A DNA stretch of 64,000 nucleotides, from positions 256,001 to 320,000 of the forward strand of contig CALSNU010000001.1 in NCBI GenBank assembly GCA_943787795.1, in the 5' to 3' direction. The stretch comes from an uncultured bacterium. Lineage in GTDB: Bacteria; Planctomycetota; UBA1135; GCA-002686595. Of this stretch, positions 9,208 through 19,324 are shown piece after piece. A program made the position numbers and the translations under genes. The first letter of the stretch is position 1, and each line of letters starts with the position of its first letter. The notes under the pieces are model-generated. The model saw nothing but the letters and a program-made list of their open reading frames with translations, was not told the origin of the DNA and did not search any database.

Positions 9208-11055
9208 ATGTCGCCGACTCAACCTCTCCTCGACCTCTCACTTGGCGCGCTCACGCTCGGTGACTTCGCCTGGCCGATCGCGTTCGCGGCCTTTGGGGCA
9301 GCGATGTTCTCCATGTGTACCTATCGGCGCAATTGCGTCCGAGGGAAGGCCATCGAGGCCCTGGAGCAAGCGCAAGCCACCATGGTCGCTATCGAGAATG
9401 GCGTCGATGCGGACCGGCACCCGAAGCAGGGGGACGGACCTTTCGAAGATCAGCTCCACACGATCCGCTCGATCGGTCGTCGTCTCGCGGCCCGTACTCG
9501 GCACCTGAGCGCGATCATCGAGGCTGAGCCAGAGTGCGTGAAGATCGTCAACGCTGCGGGACTCCTGGTACAGATGAACCCTGCTGGGCTGCGAATGATC
9601 GCGGCAGACAACATGGAGCAGGTCCAGGGCCTCCTGGTCGAGGACCTTCTCCTGGAGGAGCACCGCTCGGCGTTTCGTGAAATGCACGCCAGCGTCCTCG
9701 AGGGAAACTCCGCCTCGCTCACCTTCCAAATCGAAGGGCTTGATGGTCAGCGTCACTGGATGGAGACCTGCGCAGTCCCCCTCGCGGATAGCGAAGGCGA
9801 GATCGTTCAACTCGCTGTGACCCGCGAGGTCACCGAGCGCAAGCGACAGGAGGACGAGACCAGCGAGGCCCGAGAGCGCGCCGAGGCTGCCAACAAGGCG
9901 AAGTCGGACTTCCTCGCCAACATGAGCCATGAGCTCCGCACCCCATTGACCGCGATCCTTGGCTACTCCGACCTCCTCGGTGGAGAAGAGGACATCAGCG
10001 AGGACCACTCGATCGCCCTCCGTGCCATCAACGGGAGCGCCGAGCATCTGCTCGCCTTGATCAGCGACGTCCTCGACGTCTCGAAGATCGAGGCCGGGCA
10101 CCTGGAGGTGGAATCCGTCACCTTCGACCTCGCAGGAGTCATCAAGCGGACCGTGCAGGCGCTGCACCAACAGGCGGTCGAGGCGGGGATCACGCTCGAT
10201 GTCGAATGGGCACCTGACGTTCCCCACGCGATCCAGTCGGACCCCGTCAGGATCCGGCAGATCCTCAATAACCTCCTCTCCAACGCCCTGAAGTTCACCT
10301 TGGACGGGGGCATCAAGGTCCGAGTCAGCGCCGGAGCGAGGTCCGCTCCGGAGGGCCGCTTCCTGCTCCAGATCGCGGTCACAGATACCGGCCTCGGGAT
10401 GGAGGCGTTGGCGATCGAGCGACTCTTCGAGCCGTTCCAGCAGGCGGACAGCTCCACCACCCGCCGCTTCGGCGGGACGGGCTTGGGGCTCGGCATCTCC
10501 CGCCACCTGGCCCGGGTCATGGGCGGTGAGCTCACCGCAGAGAGTCAGATCGGGTCGGGCAGCACCTTCACTCTGGAGGTGCCGGTCACGCCGGCCATAG
10601 ACTCCGAGGTCAAGCCCTTGCGGGACGTCGATCACTCCCGCTTCGAAGGGCGGGTCCTCATCGTCGAGGACAACCTGGTGAACCGGAGAGTCCTCAGAAA
10701 GCTGCTTGAGCGCAGGGGCCTCGATGTGGAGACGGCCGTCGACGGGAGCGAAGGCCTGCAGCGAGCGCAGCAGTCTGTCGGAACGAGCAAGCCATTCCAG
10801 CTGGTCTTCATGGACATGCACATGCCGGTCCTGGACGGGTACACCACAACCCGGATGCTGAAGGACACGGAGTTCCAGGCCCCGATCGTGGCGCTCACCG
10901 CCTCCGCCATGGCCGATGACCGTCGCCGCTGCCTCGACGCAGGATGCGACGACTACCTCCCCAAGCCGGTGGACAAGTCGGCCCTGACTCAACTCCTCTC
11001 GAGGTACCTGGATCCAGGCTCCCCCTCGCGGTCCGGGGGCGAGGCCCCAGGCTGA
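9208..11055 (+). CDS. membrane hybrid sensor histidine kinase (TM-PAS-HisKA-HATPase-REC)
   Basis: PAS (PECVKIV..MNPAGL), H-box FLANMSHELRTPL, N-box NLLSNALKFT, DTGLGM, GGTGLGL, receiver VFMDMHMP..KP. Start chosen at ATG 9208; the ORF is open from 8950. Confidence 0.92.
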   Translation: MSPTQPLLDLSLGALTLGDFAWPIAFAAFGAAMFSMCTYRRNCVRGKAIEALEQAQATMVAIENGVDADRHPKQGDGPFEDQLHTIRSIGRRLAARTRHLSAIIEAEPECVKIVNAAGLLVQMNPAGLRMIAADNMEQVQGLLVEDLLLEEHRSAFREMHASVLEGNSASLTFQIEGLDGQRHWMETCAVPLADSEGEIVQLAVTREVTERKRQEDETSEARERAEAANKAKSDFLANMSHELRTPLTAILGYSDLLGGEEDISEDHSIALRAINGSAEHLLALISDVLDVSKIEAGHLEVESVTFDLAGVIKRTVQALHQQAVEAGITLDVEWAPDVPHAIQSDPVRIRQILNNLLSNALKFTLDGGIKVRVSAGARSAPEGRFLLQIAVTDTGLGMEALAIERLFEPFQQADSSTTRRFGGTGLGLGISRHLARVMGGELTAESQIGSGSTFTLEVPVTPAIDSEVKPLRDVDHSRFEGRVLIVEDNLVNRRVLRKLLERRGLDVETAVDGSEGLQRAQQSVGTSKPFQLVFMDMHMPVLDGYTTTRMLKDTEFQAPIVALTASAMADDRRRCLDAGCDDYLPKPVDKSALTQLLSRYLDPGSPSRSGGEAPG

Positions 11056-11059
11056 GGTC

Positions 11060-11650
11060 GGGGCGCCTCGATCGAACCGGCCTCGAGGGTGACGGTGAAC
11101 AGGCCGGCCGCGGCGAGGATCTTGAAGGTCTCCCCCCCAGAGATCCTTGGCGGCAGAGCTGGAGGCGGCGCTCTCGATGGCGGCGCGGACGCCGGCCAGG
11201 TCGCAAGCCGTGAGCCCGAGCCAGCGCAGCCTGCGCGCGCTCAAGAGCTGCGGGAGGCGCCAGAGCACACGCCCGGCGGCGACGGCGGCGTAGGCCATCA
11301 CCGCGACGTCGCTTCAGTTCCGCACCCCTGGCAGGGCCGGAGTCGGCACCCCCTCCGACCGGAACTCGTGACTCTGGAAGCGCTCGTCGATCCCGGAGAC
11401 CAGGAGCTCGGTCGACGCGACGAGCCAAGACCTCCGCGGGGCGGAGCCGGGGCCGGTCAGGAAGGCGAGACCGAACAGCGCGGAGGCGCAGACGAGCCAC
11501 ACGCTGCCGGCCAGGTCGATGGGTCCGCCTTCGCGGAACAAGTGGTTCGGCCGCTCGGGAGGGCCGAGCGCCATCCAGACATCGCTCCACGCTAGGGTCA
11601 CGCCGTACGCGACCGCGATCGGGGCGCTGAGGCCCTCGGGTGGCGAGTTG
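11060..11650 (-). pseudogene. degraded integral membrane protein gene
   Basis: Hydrophobic protein-like text continues in frame across TGA at 11314-11316 (DERFQSHE..GVRN*SDVAVMAYAAVAAG), then shifts frame in a G7 run near 11135 to ETFKILAAAGLFTVTLEAG. No clear start; ends are approximate. Confidence 0.55.
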
Positions 11651-11815
11651 GTCCGGCTCCCCTCATGCTGCGGAGCGAGTTCCTCGACCCATGGGGACCA
11701 AGATGATCCACCCGCATCGCGACGCGGGGTCTCCCCCTTGTTCAGGGCGTATCCGAACCCATGTCGGCCCTGGTCGGCCCCGTCGGCGATGCCCTCGTCT
11801 AGCGGCTCAGCGCGC

Positions 11816-11910
11816 GAGGCCGGGGCAACGGAGAGGCCGGGGCAACACGGAGAGGCCGGAGCAACACGGAGAGGCCGGGGCAACACGGAGAGGCCGGGGC
11901 AACGGAGAGG
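11816..11910 (+). repeat. intergenic tandem repeat, 5 copies of 17-19 bp GAGGCCGGGGCAAC(AC)GGA
   Basis: Units start at 11816, 11833, 11852, 11871 and 11890; no spacers. Confidence 0.9.
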
Positions 11911-12097
11911 ACGGGAGCCGCGGAGTGCCGCCCATGGAGGCCCCCGCGGAGACGGTCTTGTGCATGGCGCGCGTCCCTGCCGTAGCTGGCGGAGGCGGCC
12001 CAGGCGCCGCTGCGATCGCCTCGAGCTCCACTTCGGGCCCCACTGAGTGCCCTCGGACCGTTCGGTTCCGTGCGTCCCTTCCCCGTATCCTTGGCCC

Positions 12098-14284
12098 ATG
12101 CCGCTCTCGTCCACGAGCTCCCTGCTGCTCGCAGGGGCCGCCCCCCTTGCTGGCGCTGTCCTCCTCGCCGCAGCGGGGCTCGCCCAGGGAACGAGCGAGC
12201 AACGCCCGCCGTTCACGGACTATTGCGAGCGACTGGAGCAGGAGATCCAGGGGCGCAAGCACGGGTTCCTGGCCGGGGACCTCACCTGCTACGTGGGTGG
12301 GTTCCACGCGAGCTGGGCTCCGGTCGAGGACGAGACGATCGGGTTGACCCACCCGTTCCACCACGACCTCAGGAGCCGAGGCGTCGGTCGACTCGCAAGC
12401 GAGCTCGAGGGCGGACAGCACACCGGCACCGGAAACGACGAGCTGGGCTGGGAGTTCTACAAGGACACCCGCGTCCTCTTCGGCAGCGTCATCGTCGACG
12501 GGCGCGTGATCGAGCACCCCGCGCCCACGAGCATGCGCTGGCGACCCGATCAGCTCATCTGCACCTATGAGCTGGACGGCGTCACGATCCAGGAGAGGAA
12601 GTTCATCGACGGCAACGACGCCGCGGCGAGCCACATCATCGCCTCGCGCCCCGTGACCCTCCGCTTCACGGGACACAGCTTCTGCCATCGCGAGAGCGTC
12701 TCCTCCAGCGCCGAGCTCCGCTACTCAGCGGCTGCCAACGCCCTCCTGATCAAGGAGGGGGGGACCGTGCGCTCCAGGCCCGACCCGGGCGGCGAGCGAA
12801 GGGTGGGGCCGCATGTGTACTCGGGGATGACGACCGTCCTGAGCGCCTCCCGTGACTTCGCTCAGAGCCACACCGCGGAGCGAGACGAGGCGGGGGTCTG
12901 GCGCTACTCGCTGTCCGTCCCCTGCGACGCGAGCGGCACTGTGGTCTCGTGGGCCATGCACGACGACCCGGCGGTCGCCACGGGCGCGGCGCGCGCCGTA
13001 CTCGAAGACGTCGAGGCGCGGCGCTCGAGCAAGACCGCCGAGATGAACCGCCTCTTCAACGATGAGGTCCCCTGGTTCCGCTGCCCGGATGAGCGCGTGG
13101 TGGACATCTACTACTACCTCTGGTCGCTCTACCTGATGTACATGATCGAGGTGGGCCGCGGCTGGGAGATGGAGGCCCACACTCAGACGGCGGTCAACAA
13201 CTTCCTCGGCATGCACCGCTACGACGCCGCCTTCCAGATCAAGGTCGGCGCCTGGACGAGCGACAAGCGACGCCTCGCCTATGGCAACGTCCTCACGTGG
13301 AAGCACCTGACCGAGGGTGGCCACTACCTCGAGCTTCCGGATGGCCTCCGGCTCCTGCCCGATACCAAGGGCGTGTGCTGGCACAGCGGCGTCTACGGCC
13401 CGGAGGCCTCGGAACACGTGCTCGGAGCCTGGCAGCTCTACGAGCACACCGGCGACCTGGACTTCCTCAAGGCGTGCTACGAGGGCCACTTCGCCGAGCT
13501 CTTCTGGAACCGCATCCCTAGCGTCGCCATGAACGAGTTCGAGGTGGCTCAGACGCTGGAGGAGATGGCCTCGCGCACAGGCCACGAAGTCGACGTGGAG
13601 CACTGGGCGAGGCTGGTCCGCCGCGACCCCACACACATCCGCGAGCAATTCGATCAGCGGTGGGGTGCGAACGGGGTCGAGGACTACTTCGCGGCGCCCG
13701 AGGGTGCGCCGCTGACGACGAACGGGTTCTGGGCGATGCGGTCTCCGTGGTTCCCTGAGGAGTACGCGCGCCCCATGGTGGAGGCATGGGCCCTGGATCG
13801 CGAGCGGGGCTTCAACGGAGCCTTCTTCCCGCTGGCCATGGCGCGCCAGTCCATGGAGCGCTTCGCCAGCGACGTCGACCGCTCCTTCGGGTACACCCCC
13901 GACACGGCCTACTTCACCCTCGACGGCATGTTCCGCCAGCGGCTCGGCGCCACGGCCGCCGCGCTCACGTTGGATCACCTCCTCCACTACAACTTCCACG
14001 AGGAGTGGGGCATCCCGGTGGCCCCGGAGGCCTACCGGCGCGACGGCACGCCCTTCGGCGATCAGTACTCCAACTTCAACGCCGGCAAGCTCCTGCTGAT
14101 CCTCGAGGGTCTCGCCGGCCTCGATTACTCGATCCCCGAAGATCGACTGACCGTCCGCCCGGCGCTCCCCGAGGCGTGGGATTGGATGGAGCTTCGCCTC
14201 CCCATCGCAGGCCAATGGACACGGGTCCGGGTCACGCCTGAGGGCGTTCAGGTGACCGGTTGCCCGCTCCAGGTCGAGCGCTGA
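12098..14284 (+). CDS. secreted six-hairpin glycoside hydrolase-like protein (GH63/GH65-like superfamily)
   Basis: Signal peptide (..LLAAAGLAQ), VPWFRCPD..DIYYYLW, C-terminal ILEGLAGL..LTVRPALPEAW strand typical of (alpha/alpha)6 glycosidases. Family is uncertain. Confidence 0.6.
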   Translation: MPLSSTSSLLLAGAAPLAGAVLLAAAGLAQGTSEQRPPFTDYCERLEQEIQGRKHGFLAGDLTCYVGGFHASWAPVEDETIGLTHPFHHDLRSRGVGRLASELEGGQHTGTGNDELGWEFYKDTRVLFGSVIVDGRVIEHPAPTSMRWRPDQLICTYELDGVTIQERKFIDGNDAAASHIIASRPVTLRFTGHSFCHRESVSSSAELRYSAAANALLIKEGGTVRSRPDPGGERRVGPHVYSGMTTVLSASRDFAQSHTAERDEAGVWRYSLSVPCDASGTVVSWAMHDDPAVATGAARAVLEDVEARRSSKTAEMNRLFNDEVPWFRCPDERVVDIYYYLWSLYLMYMIEVGRGWEMEAHTQTAVNNFLGMHRYDAAFQIKVGAWTSDKRRLAYGNVLTWKHLTEGGHYLELPDGLRLLPDTKGVCWHSGVYGPEASEHVLGAWQLYEHTGDLDFLKACYEGHFAELFWNRIPSVAMNEFEVAQTLEEMASRTGHEVDVEHWARLVRRDPTHIREQFDQRWGANGVEDYFAAPEGAPLTTNGFWAMRSPWFPEEYARPMVEAWALDRERGFNGAFFPLAMARQSMERFASDVDRSFGYTPDTAYFTLDGMFRQRLGATAAALTLDHLLHYNFHEEWGIPVAPEAYRRDGTPFGDQYSNFNAGKLLLILEGLAGLDYSIPEDRLTVRPALPEAWDWMELRLPIAGQWTRVRVTPEGVQVTGCPLQVER

Positions 14285-14428
14285 CGGCGCCTCGAGCGCC
14301 GAGGGGCACCGGAGCGATCGAGCGTTGACCCTCGAGTGAAGACTGGGCTGAGGCCGGCACTCGAGCGGAGGGCGACACGGGGCTGGCCGCTCAGGACCTG
14401 CGTCAGGAAGCGCCGGGGCTGCCGCGGC

Positions 14429-17316
14429 TCAGCGGTAGCCGAGCTCCCGGAGGCGGTCGGCTTCCTCGGGGGTGTTCATGACGGGGAGGGCCTCGGAGGC
14501 CCCGGCCTCGAGCCACATCCAGGCCTGACCGCGGCCGGGCCAACCCACGTCCTCGGCGCGGCGCTCGGGGAGCTCGCCGCGGTCAAAGTCGGCAGGGAGG
14601 CGGCGGGGGTCGGCACCGGGGGCGAGGGTGAGGCCGCCGAGGGGCTCGCCGTCCAGCGTGGCCTCCACCCGCAGGTCGCTGCCGCGGCACCAGCAGCGCA
14701 GCTCAAGCCGGTCGTTCTCGAGCACCGTATCGAGGGCCAGGTAGCTGCGGTCCAGGTCCATCTCGAAGGCGTCGGGCGGCAGCGCGGGGCGGGTGATGAA
14801 GTTGGCGTCGAAGAGGTCGTCGGTGGACACGCGCAGCTGGAGGCGCTGGCCCTTGGTCGCCGCGCACGCGCAGGTGGAAGCGGCCGGCGGAGAGGTGGGC
14901 GAGGCGGAACTCGCGCAGGGCCTCGCGGGCCCGGGCGACCACCTCGGGGTGCTGGTCCTTCACGTCCACCGACTCGGCGGGGTCGGCGACGAAGTCGTAG
15001 AGGGCCTCGGTCTGGTAGAGCGGGTCCCAGAGGTACTTGAAGGGCCCCTCGACCCAGGCCTTCTGGGCGCTGGAGTCGTAGGTGGGGTACTCGATGAAGG
15101 TGGCGTCCACCGCCGGTGCGTCCGGCGCCAGTCGATCCACACCCTGGGCGTCCTCGGGGGCGGGGATCCCCAGCTGGCCGAGGAGGGTGGGCATGAGGTC
15201 GACGGTGGAGACCGGACGCTGGATCACCTGGCCCGCGGGCCCGCCGGGCACGCGCAGGAGCATGGGCACGTGGACCTGGTCGTCGAAGAGGGTGTAGCCG
15301 TGGTGGTAGTGGTCGTGGTCGCCGAGCCCCTCGCCGTGGTCGGCGACGAAGGCGACGATGGTGCGGTCCCACTGGCCCGAGGCGCGCAGGGCCTCGAGAA
15401 CGACGCCGATGCCCGCGTCCATCTCGGCGATCTCCGCGTCGTAGTAGTCGCCCACGTAGCGGGCGTCCGCCTCGGTCAGGTCGGGGGCGGGGGGCGGCCC
15501 TTCGTGGGCGTACCAGCGCCGGCCGGGCCGCGGATCCAGGACCTGGAACGGGCACCGTCGGGCCGCCGCGGCCGCCCTCAGCGAAGCGCCCGTCGTAGTC
15601 CGCGTCCGTGAAGCGCTCCCGCGTCTCCGCCGGCGTCGTGTACGGCAGGTGCGGGTCCATGATGTGCCAGAACATCAGCCAGGGGGTCGTGCGGTGGCCG
15701 TCGATGAACTCCGCCACCCTGGGCGCGTCCTTCTCCACGGACTCCATGGCCCACTGGGCCCGGTAGCGGTCGAAGCCCTGGTCCAGGCCGTAGCGCGGCG
15801 AGATGAGCCCGTTGGCCACGATCCCCGCGGTCTCGTACCCGTTCCGCGCGAGCACCTCGGCCACCGAGACGGTGGTGGGGTCGATGGCCTCCCACTCATC
15901 GTGCCCGCCGCGGCCGGCGCCGTGGGCCGAGGGGTAGAGGGAGGTGAGCATCGAGGAGAAGCTCGGCAGGGTCCACGGCGCCGGGGAGCGCGCCATGTCG
16001 AAGCGCACGCCTTCGTCGGCGAGCGCCTTCAGGTTCGGGGTCGTGTCGCGCTCGTAGCCGAAGGCGGACATGTGGTCCGCGCGCAGGGTGTCGACGCCGA
16101 TGAGCAGGATGTTCGGCGCGGTGGGGGGCTCGTCCCGGGGCTCGATGCGGGGTGTGCCCACCAGCAGCGCGTCGAGGGGGTCGGGCTGGTCGTCCACGTC
16201 GCTGACCCGGAAGGCCAGGGTCCCGGCCCTGCCGGCCGCGGCGCTCAGGTCGAAGGTGACCTCGCGCCAGGCCCGCTGACCGCGGTCGTTCTTCGCGTCG
16301 ACGGTGACGCTCCCGAGCTCGAGCGCCCCCTCGGCGTCGGTGAACCACGCGCTCATGGTCGCTCCGTCGCCGGACTCGCGGGAGGTCTCGGGGAGCGCGG
16401 CGACGCCGAAGCGTAGCTGCGGCGCCGATTCAGAAGGCGGGACCTCGAGGTCGAAGGCCAGCTCGCCGCCGGCCCGGACCAGCACGCTGTCCCGGACCTC
16501 GGACTGCAGGCTCACCCGCAGCCGCCAGGGCGTCTGGGACTCCTGGCCGTCCCGCGGCTTGTAGCGCCCGGTGAGGTAGTCGAGGTACGCGGGCTCCTCC
16601 AGGGGCGTGATGGAGACGGTGACGTCGTCGATCAGGGTCACGGCCTCGTCCGAGCCGCCGGTCCGGTGGAGGAAGTGGAGCTCCAGGGTGGAGGCCGTCT
16701 GAGCTCGTGATGGCCTCGCTGCGCACGCGGTCCCAACCCGACGCGTCCACGCGTCGCGACACCCGATCTAGGCTGCGGCGGCGGATCCGGCGGCCCTCGG
16801 CGTTGCGCTCCACGCTCGGGTCGGGGACCGCCTCGCCGCGGTGCTCGTAGAGACGCAGGGACTCCCGGCCGCTGCGCTCGTCCAGCACCGGCGGAGCCCT
16901 CGACGCGGAGGCGCCCCTCGACCACGACCCGGTTCCGCCCGCTGACGGGGAGGCTCATCACCGCCCGGCTGTAGTCCTCCGCCACGCCGGGGCCGAGCTG
17001 GAGCGCGGCCCCCTCGCGTCCCGCCCTCGTCGATCATCGTCGCGCCCTCTGCCTGCCATTCCAGCGTGCGCTGGCGGGGCTCGGCGAACCAGACCCGCGC
17101 GGGCCGGGCGCCCTCCGAGAAGTCGTAGGCGATCGTCTCGCTCTCCACCGCGGCCGCGTCGGACGCTGGCCCCGTGAGCCGGGCCTCGTCCATTCCGTCG
17201 AACAGACGGATCCGGGTGGCGGGGGTGGCGGGGGCTGCGTCGGCGCCAGGGGCCGCAGCCTCCTGGTCCGTGCCGCAGGCGGCGAGGAGGCAGAGCGGAG
17301 CGATGCGTCGGAGCAT
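14429..17316 (-). CDS. large sulfatase-like lipoprotein, split by five frameshifts (probably sequencing errors)
   Basis: Lipobox LLAACG, then protein-like segments from six ORFs join end to end. Contains PNILLIGVDTLRADH, APWTLPS, MDPHLPY, YDAEI, ADHGEG..HG.TLFDDQVHVPM, and ends in LRELGY. Confidence 0.8.
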
Positions 17317-17540
17317 CGACTCAGCCTAGCCGCAGCGGGACCCATGGGGGCGCGAACTCTCGTCCGCCCATGACGCCGCGTGCGACCTCGCTGTCGACGC
17401 CCAGGAGGTCGGCGCTTGGCCACCGAATCCGAATCGAGCTCTGGACCGGCCGTGGCAGGCCGCGGCAACCCTTGGGGCCCTCTCGGGAGCCTGAGGTCGG
17501 TCGGCATGTGAAGATCCATGCCCGGAGCTAGAGTAGGAAG

Positions 17541-18692
17541 ATGCTCAAGCAGCTCCGCGCAACCATGTCTGTTCGGTGGGGGGCGGGGATCTCGATCAGC
17601 GCGCTGGCCGCGCTGTTCATGGCCTCTGGCTCCGCGGCGCCGCCAACGATCCAGGACGAACGGGCTCTCGGTGCGAGCGCCAGCTACCAGGGCGCGCAGG
17701 CTTCGGATGCGTTCAGTGCGATCCACCACGTCGGCAACGACCGGATCATCGCCGGCAAGCGCTCCTCGGGCCCGAGCAATCGATTCCTCCTCAGCGTCGA
17801 TGATGGGGCGACGTGGACACCGATCGCCTGCCCCGGCTCTTCGGGCGCACACACGTACTTCTTCGGGCAGAACAACGGGACGCTGCTCGCGGGAACGGGT
17901 GACGCCGGCGACGCCTGCATCATGCGGAGCACGGACAAGGGCAGCAGCTGGGGCGTCGCGCTGAGTGTGGCGCAGCTGGGGACGCTGATCGGGAGCAGCA
18001 GCCCGAAGGCCATCTTCGGGACCGTCCACCTGGGCGCTGGTCGCTGGCTCGCGAACGTCAAGGCGTTCGACACGACGATCAAGGTGATCGAGTCGAACGA
18101 TGACGGCGTCACCTGGACCGTCCCCGCGGCCCAGCCGGGCCAGGGCGCGACCGCCTGGGCGCGGCAGATGGTCCAGACCGGCGACGGCGTGTTGCTCTGG
18201 CCGTCCTGCAACACCGACCAGATGTACCTGTCGCATGACCTCGGGCAGAGCTGGAACCCGGTCACCGTGCCGGGAGCCGCGCTCTTCCAGCCGCTCTGCG
18301 ATGCGGGCTACGGCGCCTACCTTTGCGGCGACCTGACGACCGCGCCGAACGGGGTCATCCGGCTGCATCGGAGCCATGACCGGGGCCGGACCTGGAGCGC
18401 CGTCGCGGCGGTCAACCTCCAGCGGCCAACGATGACGTATTGGCGAGACATCACGGGCAAGGACGGCATCCTGTATGCCTCCGCTTGTTGCGTCGAAGGC
18501 ACGAGCAACGAGCGCAAGATGCTGCTGTACAGGTCATCGAACTACGGCAAGACCTGGGCCTCGCTCGGCAACCCGTTCTTCGGGCCATTCGGCGCCATGC
18601 AGGCGATCTACCAGATGTGCGTCACGGACCGCGGCGAGGTGTTCGCGGCCTGCCAGCCGGACAGCACCATTCTCCGCTGGCCCCTTCGCTGA
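17541..18692 (+). CDS. secreted Asp-box (BNR) repeat beta-propeller protein, sialidase-like fold
   Basis: Signal peptide and six Asp-boxes: SVDDGATW, STDKGSSW, SNDDGVTW, SHDLGQSW, SHDRGRTW, SSNYGKTW. Confidence 0.8.
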   Translation: MLKQLRATMSVRWGAGISISALAALFMASGSAAPPTIQDERALGASASYQGAQASDAFSAIHHVGNDRIIAGKRSSGPSNRFLLSVDDGATWTPIACPGSSGAHTYFFGQNNGTLLAGTGDAGDACIMRSTDKGSSWGVALSVAQLGTLIGSSSPKAIFGTVHLGAGRWLANVKAFDTTIKVIESNDDGVTWTVPAAQPGQGATAWARQMVQTGDGVLLWPSCNTDQMYLSHDLGQSWNPVTVPGAALFQPLCDAGYGAYLCGDLTTAPNGVIRLHRSHDRGRTWSAVAAVNLQRPTMTYWRDITGKDGILYASACCVEGTSNERKMLLYRSSNYGKTWASLGNPFFGPFGAMQAIYQMCVTDRGEVFAACQPDSTILRWPLR

Positions 18693-18719
18693 GACGCAGG
18701 AGCCGCGCTCGAACGCGGG

Positions 18720-19142
18720 CTACTCGCCCGGGACCGCCGCCCGGACCAGCCCGGTGAACTCCTCGTCCTCGCCGCTGTAGAAGGCCCAGCCCTCGTGGGC
18801 GTCGACGTCGAGCAGGCCGGAGCGCATACGCGCGACCCGCTGCACCTCGTCTCCCTTGCGGAGCTCGATGCGGTGCTGGGAGACCGGGGGGGCGAACTTG
18901 ATCTGGCGGACGCCGCGAGCGGGGAGCTCAGGGACGGCCTCGAGGGCCGCGACCCACAGCTCGACGGTCTCGGCATCGGTGATCTCGACGGTCTGTGCGT
19001 CGTCGGCGTCCAGTGGTCCCGAGGGGCTGTAGGTGACGACGATCGAGTCGATGCCGAGCTCTGGGCCCGTGTAGGCCGTACAGCAGGCCGGCAGGTGCAG
19101 GAGGACGGCGAGCAGGGCGAGGTGGCGGATCAGGTGGGGCAT
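18720..19142 (-). CDS. small hypothetical lipoprotein
   Basis: MPHLIRHLALLAVLLHLPAC lipobox-like signal. Confidence 0.65.
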   Translation of the reverse strand: MPHLIRHLALLAVLLHLPACCTAYTGPELGIDSIVVTYSPSGPLDADDAQTVEITDAETVELWVAALEAVPELPARGVRQIKFAPPVSQHRIELRKGDEVQRVARMRSGLLDVDAHEGWAFYSGEDEEFTGLVRAAVPGE

Positions 19143-19324
19143 CAGGGTTCTCTTGCTTGGTGCGGGCCGTCAGGACGTCGCGTCGGAGTCCGAGCTTGGG
19201 CGATCTTCAGGAATCTCTGCTCGGAGAGCGCCCGGGCTGCGCTCGAGGCCGCTCCCGAGAGACCTGGAGCTTACAGCATCAGCCGTGATCGACGCGCTCG
19301 TCCACGCGGCGCCGGCCATGGCGC

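Noticed and set aside
11314..11316. Selenocysteine or alternative genetic code at the in-frame TGA
   Set aside because: TGA terminates many genes in this window, the context is not redox-like, and the gene has other lesions.
11816..11910. Possible CRISPR array (also 32685-32760)
   Set aside because: Repeats are directly adjacent with no unique spacers, are too short, and no cas genes are present.
14429..17316. Programmed frameshifting or a multi-gene operon of small ORFs
   Set aside because: The segments join into one coherent protein, no shared slippery motif is evident, and uniform +1 shifts fit consensus error better.
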